NCBI GenBank assembly: GCA_964187785.1
Contig: OZ076409.1
Span: 83,950,001-84,014,000 of the forward strand
Source of the DNA: Amphiscolops sp. MND2022
Lineage: Eukaryota
Direction: 5' to 3'
DNA length: 64,000 nucleotides
The position numbers and the translations under genes are program-made. The notes beneath the pieces are model-generated. The model worked only from the letters and a program-made list of their open reading frames with translations. It did no database searches and was not told the DNA's origin. This document shows, one piece after another, positions 12,787 through 26,900 of this stretch. Every line of letters begins with the position of its first letter. Position 1 is the first letter of the stretch.

Positions 12787-14822
12787 TCTCTAAAAGCGTC
12801 TCTTAACAGTAGACGAAAACTATCAATAACACTGCTCCTTGTTTTTTCGTTTTTTTAAGGAAATGATAAATCTTTGTTTTAGCCGCAGGATCATTCTTTC
12901 CCACTCCAGTTTCTGCCATGAACATTTGTATAACTTACTTCACTTGATGTCATGCGCCACTTGTACTTTTGGTTAACGCGATTGTCGAGGCCTCGTGACG
13001 AGAAATATTTCCAGACCTGAGGAGCAGGAGTAATGGGTTCGAGTGCTGTGTTAAATCAAAAACTTTGCTCGCAAAGGTAGGTGAAGACTAAAGGTTACCC
13101 CTCTTTTGGGACCTTCGAGTGCTATTCGACTTTTTTTAAATTTCGATAACTGAATGGCCCCTTTTGACTTTTACCAGAACCAGAAACCAATCGTTTGCGA
13201 TGAGAATGCCCTGTAGGGTTTTTGGGCTGTGATTTACCGAACCAACGTTTTTTGAAATGTTTCCACAGTTTTTTTGAGGTTTTCTGTTAAACAAAAGGTT
13301 TCCGAGTCTTAGATGTGACCTCTCCGGTTATTTTTTGGTCCTGTGGGACTGATGAGAGTTCTCTCGAAAATTGTGGAAAGACTAACTTTTTTTGACTGTG
13401 TACGATTAGAAAAAAAGCCCGACTATTACAGTCACTCGTTTTTTTCTTTTCACTGCTTTGTTTTTTTGATGTTTTCAGTTTCTGACGCGTTTCTCGACCA
13501 TTAAGGGCCCTAGTTTTCGGTAGTTTCGTCACCATGATTTTTTCCGAAGGAAAAATTTTCAAAGAGTGTTTTTGAATAGTAGAAACGTAGAACGTCTACA
13601 GAAAACGTCTACAGAAACGTAGAATATTTTTCAATATCCAGTTTTTTTGATACTTCCAAGTGAATGGTCTTTCCACCCTCAAAGGTCCTCTTGGAATTTT
13701 TTGTTGTTACAGTATAGGAAAAATATCACAGGAAAAATATCACCCCTCGCCCCTTGTTAACTACACGAAAAAAAAAATCTTCACGAATGTTTAACGATTT
13801 TGTCTCTACAACTGTTGTCATCTAAGCAAAATGAGCGGTGATTCATTCATAGCACATGTCAAGCTGACGTGATTGTGAATTTTCATGATTTCGCCTATGA
13901 ACTGGTGGGCACGCTCTACTGTCTGTCAGGTCCATGTAGCGGACCAGAATCTGAACAACAAAAAAGGGCTCGATTGTTTGTGTTACTTCAACGGAAGATT
14001 TTTCAAAATTTCCTGTCTTTCAACCGAGGTTTTTCTGCAAAATAAATACGCTTAGAATCTTGAGTGTAGCTAATTCTCGTGTTTCCGGTGAGAAATTTTG
14101 GTTGAATTGTGGCAACAAATGCTTAAGTGTCGAAATGCGCCAGTTTCGGGGTTCTGCTTTGTTTTCGCGGAATACGTGGTCGACGAGAGTTGTGATGTGT
14201 CACTTTTGAGGATTTTTTGGTTTTCTCAATAATTCTTTCCTGATAGAGCTCAATTGAATGCTCTAAACGTAGAAATAAACAAGTTGACTGATGTTGCACG
14301 TTTTTGGTTAAAATTTTTTTATTTGGAATTGAATTTGCTTGTAGTTGGGGCTGGTGTAAAGTAAATTACTTCATATATCCCGCATGTTTCGGAGATAGCG
14401 TTTTCCGTCTTTTTGCTAACGTCAAAGTTGTCTTTTGAAAACATTTGAAGGGTCCTTTTGGTTACCTGAACTTTTTAACGAAACTTGGAACAACTGACTC
14501 AGTTTTGTGTAATTCTATATTTTTCAATACGGTTCCATATTTCTATACACTGGGGCAACCTTTCAATGAGTTTTTATTTTTTGAAAGACGGTTTGGAAAT
14601 TCCTTATAAACAAGTTTTCGACTTTTTTGCACCTCAACTAGTTGCGAGTTTTGACAAAAAGCATTTTTGTGCGATTTCGATGTTTTGTCGCTGTTGAATC
14701 TTCTGTCGTTTGCATAAAGCTTGCGTCCTCAAGTTTGCGACTTTGAAAGTCTGAAATCACTGTCGATGCTAAAATGTCATTGAATTTTTCAGCAGCTCTT
14801 CGTGCGAGCCAATATTTTTGCA

Positions 14823-14896
14823 TGCAATTTTTGCTTTAGCATAACCTCGATTTATTGGGTTTGCCCCAATTGGTGTTGTAGAAGATACTATATTAC
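14823..14896 (+). pseudogene. Degenerate duplicate of the F-box exon start (pseudo-exon)
   Basis: Closely matches 33641-33715, including the acceptor TTGCTTTAG, but has an in-frame TAG where the functional copy has GAA. Confidence 0.65.
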
Positions 14897-14958
14897 CCTT
14901 CCATAATTGTCCCAATATGAAAAATTGGTCTTTTTTTAAGTTTTGAGTTTTTCAGCAA

Positions 14959-17900
14959 ATGTTAATGGATAATTCAGACTCAGAAGAAGACCTGGAGCCC
15001 CAAGCAATGACTGGTTGGCCGCGAAAGTTCTATGAAGTGCCTTTGGCGGCTCCACTGGAATGTGACGATCCCAACATTGCAGATTATTTTGTGGATACAG
15101 CTAGGTCAACTTCAGAGGAAAGTACGAGCGAGAATTTTTGCGCAGCACAAAAATATCCCAGAACAGATCAATGCAAAGAGGTAAAGTAAAAACCAAGCAT
15201 TACTATATATTCCGCAAAAGTGGATTGGATTTTATCATCAAGTATGAAGTATTTTTTCCGAAAACTTGAAGAGCTGCTTGAAAACTTTTAATTTTTTCCG
15301 ATACTATGCCTCTTCTGCTGGGCTAAGTTGGTTTGGCTAAACACAATGATTCTGAAAAAATTAGCAGATTGTTTCCTTGACTAATTTTTAGTCCGCGTGT
15401 TTTGAAGAAAGAACAGACTGTTACAGAGTCTAGTTTTTTTCTTCAGCCTCACATCGAAACGTCATTTTTTGTTCAATTTGTTCAACTTCGCCAGTGGTTT
15501 CGAGCAAGTTTAAGATGCATCTAAGACCATATTGCAAGGCTAAACATAAGCCCAGGGTCCCTCTTGGGGTTTTTGGCACTGTACTTTTTCCGAAGGTTTT
15601 TTCATTTGACTGATGGGTACCCCTTGATTTTCAGGTAAAGAAAAACCTTCGGTAGCACGAAAGCTTTTTAAAAGTGATTTTTGAACCTTCAGTGGGGCGC
15701 GGACTCGGAACTCTCCTGGCTTGTTTGCATCTTTTGGCTGTTTATTGAAACATTGCCATCAAATAATGCAAGTAAATGACAGGTATTTTTATTAGTTTTC
15801 AGTAGTTGGATTTATTACCGGACCGTGCTAAACACGGGGGGGGGGGAGGGTTTGAAATTTTACAAAAATTTTGTCAAGTCCCGGATTCGAACCGGGGACC
15901 TCAGGGATGAAAATCAGAGTATCTATCCACTCTGCCACGAGACCTTCTCAACTAGTACAAAAAGGTTCCATATATAACAATCATTCATTCTTTTCGTAAA
16001 AGTTATCTGAGACGGTTGACCCTATAGTAATAATATGAGCGGGACTCAATTGATTTGGGTAGTACTTTTGACCTTCACGTTTATTGTTGCAATTCTTACA
16101 ACTCCAATATTATTAATTACTAATTCTCAAAACGAAACGACCAATAACAGTGGGAACAATACAGACTCTTGTTCAGAAGAATTTACAGGTTATTGCATGA
16201 ATGGTGGTTACTGCTATTACCTAGAAGAGCAACAAACAGTCGCGTGTGAATGTCCGGAACTTTATGGTGGAAAAAGGTGTGAAAAGTTTTTATGGTTTAC
16301 TTAAAAATGCACGTGGAAATTGTTTACATCAAATGTTCAATTGAACATTTGAAAAGACTCGAAGAACAACGCTCACTCTCAGCAAAAATTTATACAAGAG
16401 ATGAAAGATTAATTTTTCGGAACTACGTTCTGGCATTATGTCACGAAATGGCACCTTCAGGCAAAATTACCCAGCTCCAACCAAAGATTATCATACCACG
16501 GATCAATCAAGTCTACAAAAAGTCAAAAGTTTACAGGCTAGCCATGGTTATCCACGAATCTACTCGGTTGATTGCTGAAAATTATGAACGAGTCTGGGCA
16601 GGTCGCGCTATCGAAGATTGTTTTCACAGCTATCATCATCTAAGCAGAATCCAATGTTTCCTATTGGCTTTGAAATTCAAACAATCATTTGCTGATGAAT
16701 TCAGTTACCTCAAATGTTAACTTCATTTTGTATTAACCGTTTCGGAAAAAATAGTTGACAATGACACTTCTTATCCTGGACCGTTTCTGGAATTCTTCAA
16801 ACATCGAAACTACTCTAGTCAAATTACCTTCAGTTTTGAACACAGAGAAGAAACAGGAAGCATTTTGCCTTTATTATGACAACAACAGCTTGCTCCAATT
16901 GCTGGTTGTCTTGATTATCCTCAAATATCTCTTTTCAGCATTCATGCAAATGCGACAGTATTAATTTTTATTGGTTGCCATCAAATTGTATCAGACCATT
17001 GAAGAATCAATCATTCTGCCATAAAACTTCTCGCTGATCACTCGCTCAAATGATAAATTCTGATTTCTTAGTTATAGACTTTGAAGGTTTCCGTCACAAA
17101 TCTCAACAATTTATACCCAAAGAGATTTCTGTTAGAGGAGCCAACTATCAAGACACTATTCTTTTGCAACCGCCGGTGAAATTTTCTCTACTAGCAGAAG
17201 AAAATAAAAAGACTTACGCCTGGTTAACAGACAACCTACACGGCATTGTTTGGGAAGCTGGGAATTACGATCACACATTCATTTTCAATTTCTTCAACGC
17301 GCTCAAACTTAGATTTCCAAACAGTACCGTTTTTTCAAAAGGTACCGAGAAGTGCACTTTCTTGAGAAAATTCAGTGTGGTCGACTTGGACACTCTTGGT
17401 TGCCCCAAAGCATCTCAGTTTAGCTATTGTTCAACAAAAGTTTGTCCGAATCATCAAAAGTGTTACAAACTGAATCACTGTGCTCGAGAAAAAGTGGCAT
17501 TATTCTACAACTGGTTGTTCAATTACTTTCAAAATTCCCATCATGAATGCAGTCGATGCAACAGCCAAAGAGCACAACATACAGCTATCCCTATCCCCGA
17601 ATTTGAGCCTCTCAGTTACAACAACCTTGGAGGTAACACGTGACGCTGAAGCCAAAATAAAATTAGTCAAAGATGAATTCAAGCAGGTTGGCAGTCACAA
17701 ACTTTTGAGAAAGGGTGTTATACAGTTAACTGCATCCGAGTATTCGCAATTGAAGACTAGTTTCGAAACCATTGACAGTTTCATTACGTTTGTAAACCAA
17801 AATGCCAAGCAAACGACTACAGCATCTGATGGAGGCCCACAATATCAAACCGCTCAAGCTACCACCAAAGTATTCACGTCCCATCAAACTTGACGGCATC

Positions 17901-20900
17901 GAGGATCCAAAGGTACCAAGACAAATTGCAGAGGAATTGGCCAAGCGCAACGATGTGTTGGAGGTTGTCTACTTTCCACCAGCACAAACAAAAGTCAAGG
18001 GCGAGTTTCGAATAAAACTCAAGTCTAGTGATGAATTTAACATTTTCATATTTTATACTGCTACATAATAGTCGTGTTTGATATCAATTCATTTTTCACA
18101 ATCAAGAAAATTTTCAAGTATGACTGAGGTAGTTATCGATGAAGATGATGGCATAGGCAGTATGGAATCAAACGAAGAAGAAAGCGTAAGGTCATTGTGG
18201 AAGTTTTGCAATTCAATCACTTTACCAAGATCAGAGGTTGTCTTTTTTACTCAGGCAACACTAATTTTCATTCTTGTAATTGCTAGTTTGTTGAAACTTA
18301 CTCTAGACAGACCGCCGTGCGAAGAAATGTCAGTGTGGTTTTCACTATTATTTGGAGCAGTTGGTTACATTCTACCTAATCCTAAACTATGAACAAGATC
18401 ATTTTCACTAATGATCGTTTATTCATGGCTCTGGTTGGTCCTGGGGGCTCGGGTAAAACTCGTCTCATTTATTCGATGCTTGCCTCGCCTACAACATTTT
18501 ATCCACCCATCGAAAAAACTTTTTACTTTTACAAGGAATATCAACCGCTTTTCCAAGAAATGTCTGAAAGATTAAACATTGAATTTATTCCATGCTTGGA
18601 CTTTGAAATGATCAAAAACTTGGAAAACTGTTTGTTAGTTTTCGACGATTCATGTGAGGAGATTTATCAAGAACAAGCGTTTGTCAAACTTGCAGTTGCC
18701 GGTAGACATAGGAAACTCCATTGCATTTTCGTCAAACACAACTTATTCCATCAAAGCAAATGGTCGCGTACAATTGATTTAAACACAACACATGTTATTT
18801 TATTCAAATCACCGCGAGACTTACAGCAAATTGACCATTTCGGCAGACAATTGAAACAATTGGATTTTATTCGAGAAGCTTATCAGAGGGCCACCACGAG
18901 GCCATTCGGACATTTACTTATTGATTTCGATCCGAAAACGAGTGACGTCTTACGTTTTTGCTCGAATATTGTTGCTCCTCAACCGACTACCTTTTATATT
19001 CCGTCATCAACTGCAAAGGAAACACTTCTAACAAATGAGCGAGAAAAAATTGCATATACTGAAGCACTGGCAAGAAAACAAAAAGAGGAAAGACATTTCT
19101 CGCGTTATACATGATTGCAACAGGGAACAAGTCAAATTTCTCTGTGAGTGCGCCTTGAATATCATCAATGGAAACATACCAATGAATGTAAACAAATTGA
19201 TCCCATTTGAACAGCAATTAAAAATTTTATGTCAACCGCAAACATCTGACAGCAGACGACGACAAATTTTGTCATCCATCAAAGGCTATAAACTATTGAA
19301 GCTGATCAGTCGTCCCTGCATTTGCTATTTATCAGCAGAATGAGTGCTCAAGAATTTATACTAATACCAAAAGAAAATTACATCAAGAATCAACCAAAAG
19401 CGTCCGAAATTCTGGACGATCCAACAATTACAGCAAAAAGTCAACAACTTACGTTATTACAGCGAGTTCCCGAAAAAAAGGAGCCCGAGAAGGAAAAAAC
19501 ATCTCAAGAAGTGAAAGCCCCAGAGACACGGGAAGATATCCAGAAGAGGGTACTTCGCTCAATCACAATGCTCAATCCTCATCAAACTGAAAAATCCAAG
19601 TCCATTTTGAAAGAATTGCAAAGTAGTTCTGACGTTTCGATAAACGACGAAGGTCTTATTGAGATTGACAAAACTCCCACAGCCATTGATGCGTCAAATT
19701 TCCTTTTCACGTTGCAGCAACCAACAAAGAAACTTTATCACCCAGATTACAAACGAATTTTAGACAAAATTAAAATTTCACCAGATCTAGTACCAAACTC
19801 GGAAGCTAAAGAGATTGTAAAACCAAAAGTTGTCAAGACCAAGTTTGTCACAACACCAAAGACAAAAAGCAGCGGAAAGACACCAAAGAGACCCCGCAAG
19901 AAAGATGACCAGCAACCTGGCCCAAGTTTTGAAGACCAAGAAGATGGCTCGAAGGATTGGGAGACTTTCAACAACTGAACAAGCAAAGTTGGAAAAAATG
20001 TACACGAGTGGACCTGCTGCTTACGGGAGCGCGAAAAATTTGCAAGAAACCAGCAAAATGCCAAAAGCAAAAATTGACACTTTTTTGCAACAAAAAGATG
20101 CTCATACAAAATACAGACAAATTCAACGAAAATTCCCTCGCCTTAAAGTAATTGCTTACGAAATTAACGAAATTTGGTCAATAGATGTCGCCTATGTGGA
20201 CAAGTTGGCAAAATATAACAATGGAGTCAAGTATTTACTGGTTGCAGTGGATGTGTTATCAAGATTTTTACGTGTTGTACCAATGCGATCAAAAAGTGCT
20301 CCTGACGCTGCTAAAGCATTCGAAAAGATGATTGAGAAAGTGCAACCGCAGAAAGTTTGGTCAGACAAAGGAACCGAATTCAAAGGAGCGTTCAAAAATC
20401 TTTGCGATCAGAGAGGAATAGCAACATATACAACTGCCAGCGAAACAAAGTCAGCTTTTGCAGAGAGAAACATTCGTTCACTCAAAAATATCATGTACAA
20501 ACACATGGAAAACAAATGGACATATCATTACATCAGCAAGCTATCTCAATTTGTCAACACAATCAACTCACGCGTCAATCGTGTTACAAAGTTGGCCCCA
20601 AACAAAGTTACAAAGAAGCACGAGCCACATTTACGATCTCTAGCTGCAGAGCAGTCGAGCAAATTTGTCAAAAAACCAAAGTTTAATCTCCGCGATAAAG
20701 TTCGGATAGCCAAACAAGATTTACCCTTCAAAAAGGGATATAAACAAAGTTTCACGGACGAAATATTCACAATAATAAAAATTTCAACGTTCAACCCTCC
20801 AACATACAATTTGAGAGACGAGAGTGGTGATACAATCAACGGAAAATTTTACGAACCCGAACTTGTGAAGGTCAATGGACGAATTTGACATTTACCTGGA

Positions 20901-23900
20901 ATCAGCAGGTTCCATGAATATATACAGCGGCAACACAATGGCAGCGTTTCGTAACCTCTTGGCGCACCCAATTCATTTGGAAGGTGACTGGCGGGTAGCG
21001 CTTGCCGAAATCATTTTCCCTACCAGCATCAAAAACATTACTACAACTGACTTTTTCATTTACACACCCAAAACACCATATGACAACACTCCTGTCCCGA
21101 GTAGTGAAGGCGGTGCAGTTATCAAACGAGAGGATTGGTCAGATAATGCTAAATTTGAAGCTGGAGAGTATCAGACAATCAGCAGCATTCTGAAGCAACT
21201 AGACAAGGCAACTGAAACCAAAAAGCCATTAAACTCTGCAGATTATGTGGAAGATAACATTGAAATTAGTTTTAAAAGCCGATATGGAATAAGTGTCAGA
21301 GATCGCAGCCTCTTTGATGTTTTGGGTATCCAGGGGGTGCCAGATACAAATCGAGGAGGATATTACATAGGAACGAACTACAAAGTCGCAAATATGAAAC
21401 AACCAATCAAAAACACTTATCCACCAGATCTCACAGTGGGAACCAACATGTTTTTCGTCAATACCAACATCATTGAACATCAACATGTTGCTGGAGTAAA
21501 GTCGCCTCTTTTGCGAATTATCGAAAACACAAAACAAGTTCAAGACGGAAAACTTTTAAACACTTCAACAACAGCCCATAGAGTTTTCACTGAGCTACAG
21601 TTCAAGAAGCTCATTACTAGTACAATTGAAGAAATTCAAATTGAGTTGATGTCCATTACTGGACAAAAAGTTCCTTTCGTTGGTACCGGTCTAGTAGCTC
21701 TCACACTCAAATTTAGGAAATTTCAATAAATGGAACAATACTACGCCCAACAGGCACAACTACCCTATTTCTCAGGGCCTGCAAGACAACGTGGAAGTGG
21801 TTTCGGGTCATTAGCAGCTGGTGTTGGACGAGTAGCTTTACCATTTGCCAAAAAGTTTTTGCTTCCCGCTGTCAAGTCAATTGGCAAAGAATTCTTATCA
21901 CAAAGCATACCCGAGTTGCTTGACGTGGCATCAAAAAAGAAGACACCAAAACAAGCGGTTCGATCAGCAGTCCGCAAAACTGTAAAGAAACAATTGGGTG
22001 GATCTAAAAGAAGGAGAAGAGGCAAACGATTCATTCGACGTAAAAAATTCACACGAAGAAGTCGGTCAGATTTTTTCTCTGGAGTCAAAAATGTTGATTA
22101 ACAGTAACGCTTTACCAATCGAAACCTCGCACACTTCACTCGATATTTTCGAAAGGCCTCAGCTTCTAGTCAACTTTGACGGGTCTTTTGAGCAAAAAAT
22201 TGGCCCGCTGTATGCTCCAAATGGACCAACGTTGGAGTTTGAAGTCAAGGGAGACCGGACCAACTTTATCGATTTACAAAACATTTATTTGGAAGTCAAG
22301 TGTAAAATTGTAAAAACAGACAACACCAATTTAAATTATGTGACTGGAGACGCAACTCAACAAGACACGCCAGTTTTTGTCAACAATACACTTCATTCAT
22401 TATTCTCGGATTGCACTGTAACGGCCCAAGGAGTAAAAGTCTCTTCTGCAAATGGACTCTACGCCCACAAAGCCTTTATTGAAACTGAATTTTCCCACAA
22501 CCTGGAAGCAAAAAATACTTGGCTGGAATGTCAGGGTTATAACTACGAATCCAACCCTAGTACACCCACCTTGGGAGCTTTCACAAAGAGAGAAGCTGAA
22601 ACAAGATCTTCAGCCACTGTAACATTCATTGGACGAGTTGCCTCAGATTTTTTCTCGTGCGAAAAACATCTTGTCAGTGGAGTTGAGCTGAGAATATCCT
22701 TCCTTCGAACGAGACCCGAATTTTGCTTGATTTATGACGACGCAGGCAAAGACTATAAAGTTAATATAACTCAAGCCAATTTGTACGTTCGCAAAATGAC
22801 TCTTACTGAGAATGCCTATTCCGCAATTGAAACAACTTTGGCGAAAGCTACTGCTCGATATCGGTACACTGAGATTATTCCAAGGACTTTTCTCATCGGG
22901 CAAAACTCACAAAGTTGGGATCAAGAAAATGTCTTTAGCGGTCAACCGATTCGAAGATTTATACTTGCCATGTCAACCAATGCCGGCTTTGTGGGCGCCA
23001 AAACAGCGAACCCATTCCACTATCAAAAATTTGGTTTGCGCAGCATAACAGTCTATCGTAATGGGCATCCAATTGCTGGAACCCCCCTAGAGACGGACAC
23101 CGACAAAAAGATGTATCTGAATTCAATGGGAGCTCTAGCGTTTCATGAGCATGGTCATGGAATTTCATTCGAAGAATATGCAAATCATTATCTGTTAGTT
23201 TTCGATCTAACCAGTACTCATCAAGCATCGCATGATTATTTACATCCTGAACTTACAAGTGCTTCAATCTCAATCAGTTTGCGTTTCGATACCGCCCTGG
23301 CACAAATTACAGAAGTACTTTTATTGGGAGAAACCGCTTCAACAATATACATTAATAACAGCAGAAAAGTCTCAAAGAACTACTACATTGCTCCCGATAC
23401 CGCAATAACAAGAAAATGATTGACGAACTACAGTTGGGCACTCTCATCAACAAGTGTAAACACTTGAAGTACAAATTCGCAGGTGTTTATGCAGCAGATA
23501 ATTTTCCCCTCAATTTAAGGAATGACAACTTTATCATTGTCAATTCAGACAAAGCTACTCAAATGGGAACACACTGGCTTTTGCTTTGCAACAGAAACAA
23601 CAAGTACTTATTCGCTGACCCGCTTGGCCTTCCACTCACTAATTACCCTCATGTTCGTGATCGACTATCTTTTGCAGATTTGGGAGTGACAGAGATTATA
23701 CAAGCTCCTCTGCAAAACTTAAACTCAAACTTGTGTGGACTTTATTGCATTTATATAGCTCATTATGTATTTGGTGCTCATTTTCCTATTATTCCTTGCA
23801 TTAGTGAACAAGAACTAATGCGATTTGTAAAACATTTCATTTAATGTTATCTTTTCTAATTAATGTTTCTTACTTCAAGCCTATTTTTCAAAAAGAAAAC

Positions 23901-26900
23901 AAAGAAGAATTAATTGGATTCAGATGATAAAAGATGGATCGAATGACAATACCAAAAAGAACAAAATCGAATAACAAATTCAAAATAGTGATCAAATAAC
24001 AAGACACAAGTTCAAAAACAAATCAAGTTCTGGCAGTTCATTTTATAAAATGGCTCGCCATCGAAAGCCCCCGGCTTCCAGTACTCACTCTCCTCCTCTA
24101 GAGCTGTGACGGATGTGTAAGTCCTACCACATGGCTCAATCGTCAAGTAGAAGGGGGAGAAACTCACACGCAGATTTTTTCGCTGCGGGTTGACGGGTCG
24201 TTTCCGTTGCGGTTGGGATGCTGGCAGTTCGAAAGGTGTTGAATTTCGTCCATTGAAGGTGATTCGGTAGCTTGTTGAGGTTGCTGGAGACGGTTCCAGA
24301 GCGACGACATCTCCAAATGTTTCAACTATGTCGTTGAAAGTTACTGACTTTCTCAGCGGAGGTCCATAGTTTGAGACGAGCTCGTCGTCCATTCGGAGAC
24401 AAGATTTAATTGGCCATACTGTTAGTTCACACATTTTTTTTTCGACGACCGTCAGGGTCAGGAAATTGTACAAGATATACACGAGCTAGATGTTTGTTGT
24501 TGAGAAGCAAATTGCAATGAAAGTTGAGGTTGAAAGAGATGAAGCTGTTTTTAAAATCAGGCAAGAAGCAAATAATTTTGGCCTGCGGCCAGACAAGTCC
24601 GGCGGCGGCGAGCAACAGCTTGCATTTTTACGATCGAGTGCTGAGAAAATTAAACAACCACCCACTTTCTAGGGGAACTTTTACTGCGTAGCGTGTCTAG
24701 AGGGGATGTGTTTCAACAAGTGCGCTTAGTTATCTTGCAGGTTCAAACGAAATCAACTGCCGATTGTCTGAGAGGGGTGCGTCAGCTTGTATTTGTCTTG
24801 CCGGTTGAACGAGATTAACCGCTGATTAGGGGGTGCGTCAGCTTGCGTCTGTCGTCGAACCCGAATAACCCCCAAATAGCTCAATTTTTACAATAAAATT
24901 TTCAAAACTAAAATCAAAAATCTATAACTTTGTTGAAAATCAGTTACCCTTACAAATCTTGTTGAAAATCGCCAAATCTCACCTGCAATATTTGATTGAA
25001 AATACTATTTCAGAGTGAACTTGACTAGACTTTTTGAGAAAAAAATTACTTATATTATAGCGAGGTTTTGTTTCGGCAACAAATTCATCTGATATAGTAG
25101 TTTCAATCAAATATTTTAGTCAAAATGAGAACCTGCGACAGGTGTCAGAAAACATTTCCCAACAAAAACAGTCTTCGTCAACATCGACGAAATGTTCACA
25201 AAATCCCTGCTAATCTCTTCCCCATGGAATGCGATATTTGTCACAAGATGGAACTATCCGTTGCTCTATCTGATCAACACTTCCGCGCGAAACACGGAAC
25301 CCAGCTGGAAAAAATTTGCGTCTATTGTGGAGTAGGATTCGATGACGCCCAAAAATTCTTCAATCACTTGTTAGAGAAACATGAACTACCACCACCTATC
25401 GATTCTATCCAGGAGAAAACGAAACCAATCTCATCCGCTTTCAATGGGGCTCTCAAAGTGTTCAAAATTAGTGGATCCGGAGAAAATGACTTGATGCAGT
25501 TCATGACTGATGTCAAACCACAAATTGATCAACTGGTTAGCGAAAATGTAAATCGCACAAGTCAAAAAATGCATCTCGTTTTGAGAACAGAGCTTTCCAA
25601 GCCGACAAAGGGAGAAGAAACTGAACTTTTTCTTCGATCACACATGGTACCTGTCTACGGTAATACCCTGCCGCAAAACGATTTCCTGTCAGCAGTGGAC
25701 AAAATGATCAACACTTTGTTTACGTTCACTGCTTCCGGAAGTGGGTGGATACTGGATAAAATAATTGAGCTAGACATAAAATTTGCCACCTTCAATCCAA
25801 TTCGGGGATCCTCCTACATTCCTACTCCACCACAACTGGAAGCACCGCATTTACTGCTCAACATTCGCAACCGACAAGATCACAATTGTTTTTTGTACTG
25901 TTTTACAGCTGCGTGGCACCTGAAACATGGACCTCTACTCTATGTGGCTAGCCGGGATTCAATTGGGAGACGAACGAGCCCTGAAACGTATTCCACACGA
26001 AATCATATAGCCCATCAAGCAGTGGGTGACTATGAAATGCCCATGGGCTTTGGACAAATGTTACGATTTGAAAAATTGAACAAGTGCAACGTTAACGTTT
26101 TCCGTTATACTGAAAACGAACTAGTTCCACTGAGAGTTTCCCGTGAAGACAACACTTTCAATGTTGATTTATTGTTAGTGGACGATGGACAGGAGTATCA
26201 CTACGTTTTGATACTGGATCTTTTGAGACTCGTCAATTTGATCAAAGGAACAACATCGTTGTTTCAGATAGTACTCTGCAGAAACTGTTTTCACATCTGC
26301 ACTGATGAAAACGTTTACAAACGTCACCAAGTTAGTTGCCTGCATCACGAGCCCGCAGTTGTGAAAATGCCTCAACCGGAAAAAAACCGGCTGAAATTTA
26401 AAAACTTGGGTGCGAGATGGTTTGCCCCGGTGGTTATCTACTTTGATCTCGAATCAATACTTCAGCCACTTGCCGGCTGCCAAAAAGAAAACGAATCAAC
26501 AAGCATCACTGAACTACACAAACCTAGCGGTTTCTGCTTTGTTGGTATTGAACATGGGAACCCTACCCCAATTTTCGTGCAGCTTGAACGTTCTGAAAAC
26601 TGCATGGAGAAATTCATTGAAGCACTTGAGAAAATTGCTCACGAAATGAATACAAGAAAGCAAAACCATCGTTACTTTTCTGATGCACTACCAGAAACAC
26701 CTCAAGAAGCACAATTTTGTTGGATCTGCGAAGGTCAGTTTGGGTTGAATAGAGACATAGAAGACGACAAAGTCATTGACCATTGTCACTACTCGGGAAA
26801 ATTTCTCGGTTTCGCACACCCAGAATGTAATATCAACAGGAAAACAACAAACTTCATTCCAGTCATAGCTCACAACGCGTCAAACTACGACTTGCATCAT

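Noticed and set aside
6156..14823. Numerous 60-170 aa ORFs
   Set aside because: They lie in AT-rich repeats or intergenic DNA, mostly with non-ATG starts and no motifs.
15864..15944. Functional tRNA-Glu gene
   Set aside because: The acceptor and anticodon stems do not base-pair; only the promoter boxes and T-arm are intact.
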